Shown here: in pieces, positions 63,412 through 64,000 of the stretch
Position numbering within the stretch: position 1 is the stretch's first letter
How the letters are laid out: the number at the start of each line of letters is the position of its first letter
Origin: Chloroflexaceae bacterium
Lineage (GTDB): Bacteria; Chloroflexota; Chloroflexia; Chloroflexales; Chloroflexaceae
DNA: 64,000 nucleotides
Direction of reading: 5' to 3'
Assembly (NCBI GenBank): GCA_012032475.1
Contig: JAAUSY010000002.1
Coordinates: 2,106-66,105, forward strand
The notes under the pieces: generated by a model
Told to the model about the DNA's origin: nothing
The model's database searches: none
Seen by the model: only the letters and a program-made list of their open reading frames with translations
Position numbers and translations under genes: made by a program

Positions 63412-63438
63412 GCTCCTATCGCTCCTATCGCTCCTATC
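63412..63438 (-). repeat. three perfect tandem 9-mers (minus strand GATAGGAGC) spanning the rpsI stop
   Basis: gctcctatc x3 lies at 63412-63420, 63421-63429 and 63430-63438. On the coding strand each unit carries an in-frame TAG followed by an SD-like AGGAG. The first TAG is the rpsI stop. Confidence 0.9.
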
Positions 63439-63832
63439 GCTTCGTATACTGTGGTCGTTTCCGCGCTCGCTTCAAACCCACCTTCTTCCGCTCTTTGGCC
63501 CGCGCATCGCGGGTGAGCAACCCCGCCCGCTTGAGCATCGGGCGCAATTCACCGTTCATATCCAGCAGTGCCCGGGCAATCCCCAGGCGGGCCGCCCCTG
63601 CCTGACCAACCAGGCCACCGCCGCGCACCTTGATCTGCACATCAAACGCCGCCTGCATTTCTGTTAGCTCTAGTGGTCGCCTGACACTATGCAGCAAAGC
63701 CACCCGATAACCAAAATAATCGTCGGTCGCTCTCCCGTTCACCGTCATCGTCCCCTGGCCGGGGAACAGCCGGACCCGCGCAACCGACTCCTTGCGCCGT
63801 CCGGTCCCCTGAAAATACCGCTGTTCGCTCAT
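63434..63832 (-). CDS. rpsI: 30S ribosomal protein S9
   Basis: [14 protein letters not shown]...[19 protein letters not shown]...[27 protein letters not shown] is a canonical S9. Confidence 0.95.
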   Translation of the reverse strand: MSEQRYFQGTGRRKESVARVRLFPGQGTMTVNGRATDDYFGYRVALLHSVRRPLELTEMQAAFDVQIKVRGGGLVGQAGAARLGIARALLDMNGELRPMLKRAGLLTRDARAKERKKVGLKRARKRPQYTKR

Positions 63833-63888
63833 ACCACCTCACTTCTTTCCCGTCTCCGAAGCCCCTTGCGATAATACCATAACCGGCC

Positions 63889-64000
63889 TCACCCGTTTGG
63901 GCGTGGCTCATACACCTCCGGACGCTGCGCCGTGTGCGGGTGGTGTGGGCCGGCATAAATGCGCAGCTTCGTCATCAACTTCCGCCCCATCCGATTCTTC
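63889..64000 (-). CDS. rplM: 50S ribosomal protein L13, 3' end only (5' end off window)
   Basis: The reverse frame from 63999 reads [36 protein letters not shown] and stops at TGA 63891-63889. This is a typical L13 C-terminus in the conserved rplM-rpsI order. Confidence 0.85.
   Translation of the reverse strand, partial: KNRMGRKLMTKLRIYAGPHHPHTAQRPEVYEPRPNG

Overview
High-GC bacterial chromosomal segment. The protein families suggest a Chloroflexota-like organism, but this is a low-confidence inference. I call about 55 protein-coding genes, one tRNA-Gly(GCC), and no rRNA, CRISPR array, transposase or integrase. Most content is housekeeping. It includes murC and a linked PP-loop gene, nnr, a ROK sugar kinase, rpsU, msrB, malate synthase, htpG and dus. 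There is also a futalosine-type radical SAM gene, a yceD-rpmF-fabH-fabD-fabG cluster, and coaD-rsmD-rpsI-rplM. Accessory content includes a TetR / ABC-2 permease / HlyD / two-ATPase exporter locus interrupted by an AT-rich insert bounded by inverted repeats. It also includes an EAD-TIR protein next to an alpha/beta hydrolase and a bacterial protein with a PHAX-type RNA-binding domain. Further accessory items are a multidomain PGRP amidase, two tandem hybrid histidine kinases, an HTH-PIN toxin-antitoxin pair, an HNH endonuclease, and a HEAT-HEAT-methyltransferase operon. Two window-wide patterns stand out. First, at least 11 genes are split by single-nucleotide frame shifts, several at short homopolymers and one in essential fabH. 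I read these mainly as assembly indel errors, so fragments are listed as CDS pieces rather than firm pseudogenes. Second, most intergenic spacers consist of short degenerate tandem words that are rich in stop codons. I could not establish a clearly novel multi-gene system. The best leads are the EAD-TIR locus, the PHAX-like protein, the HEAT/methyltransferase operon and the inverted-repeat insert.
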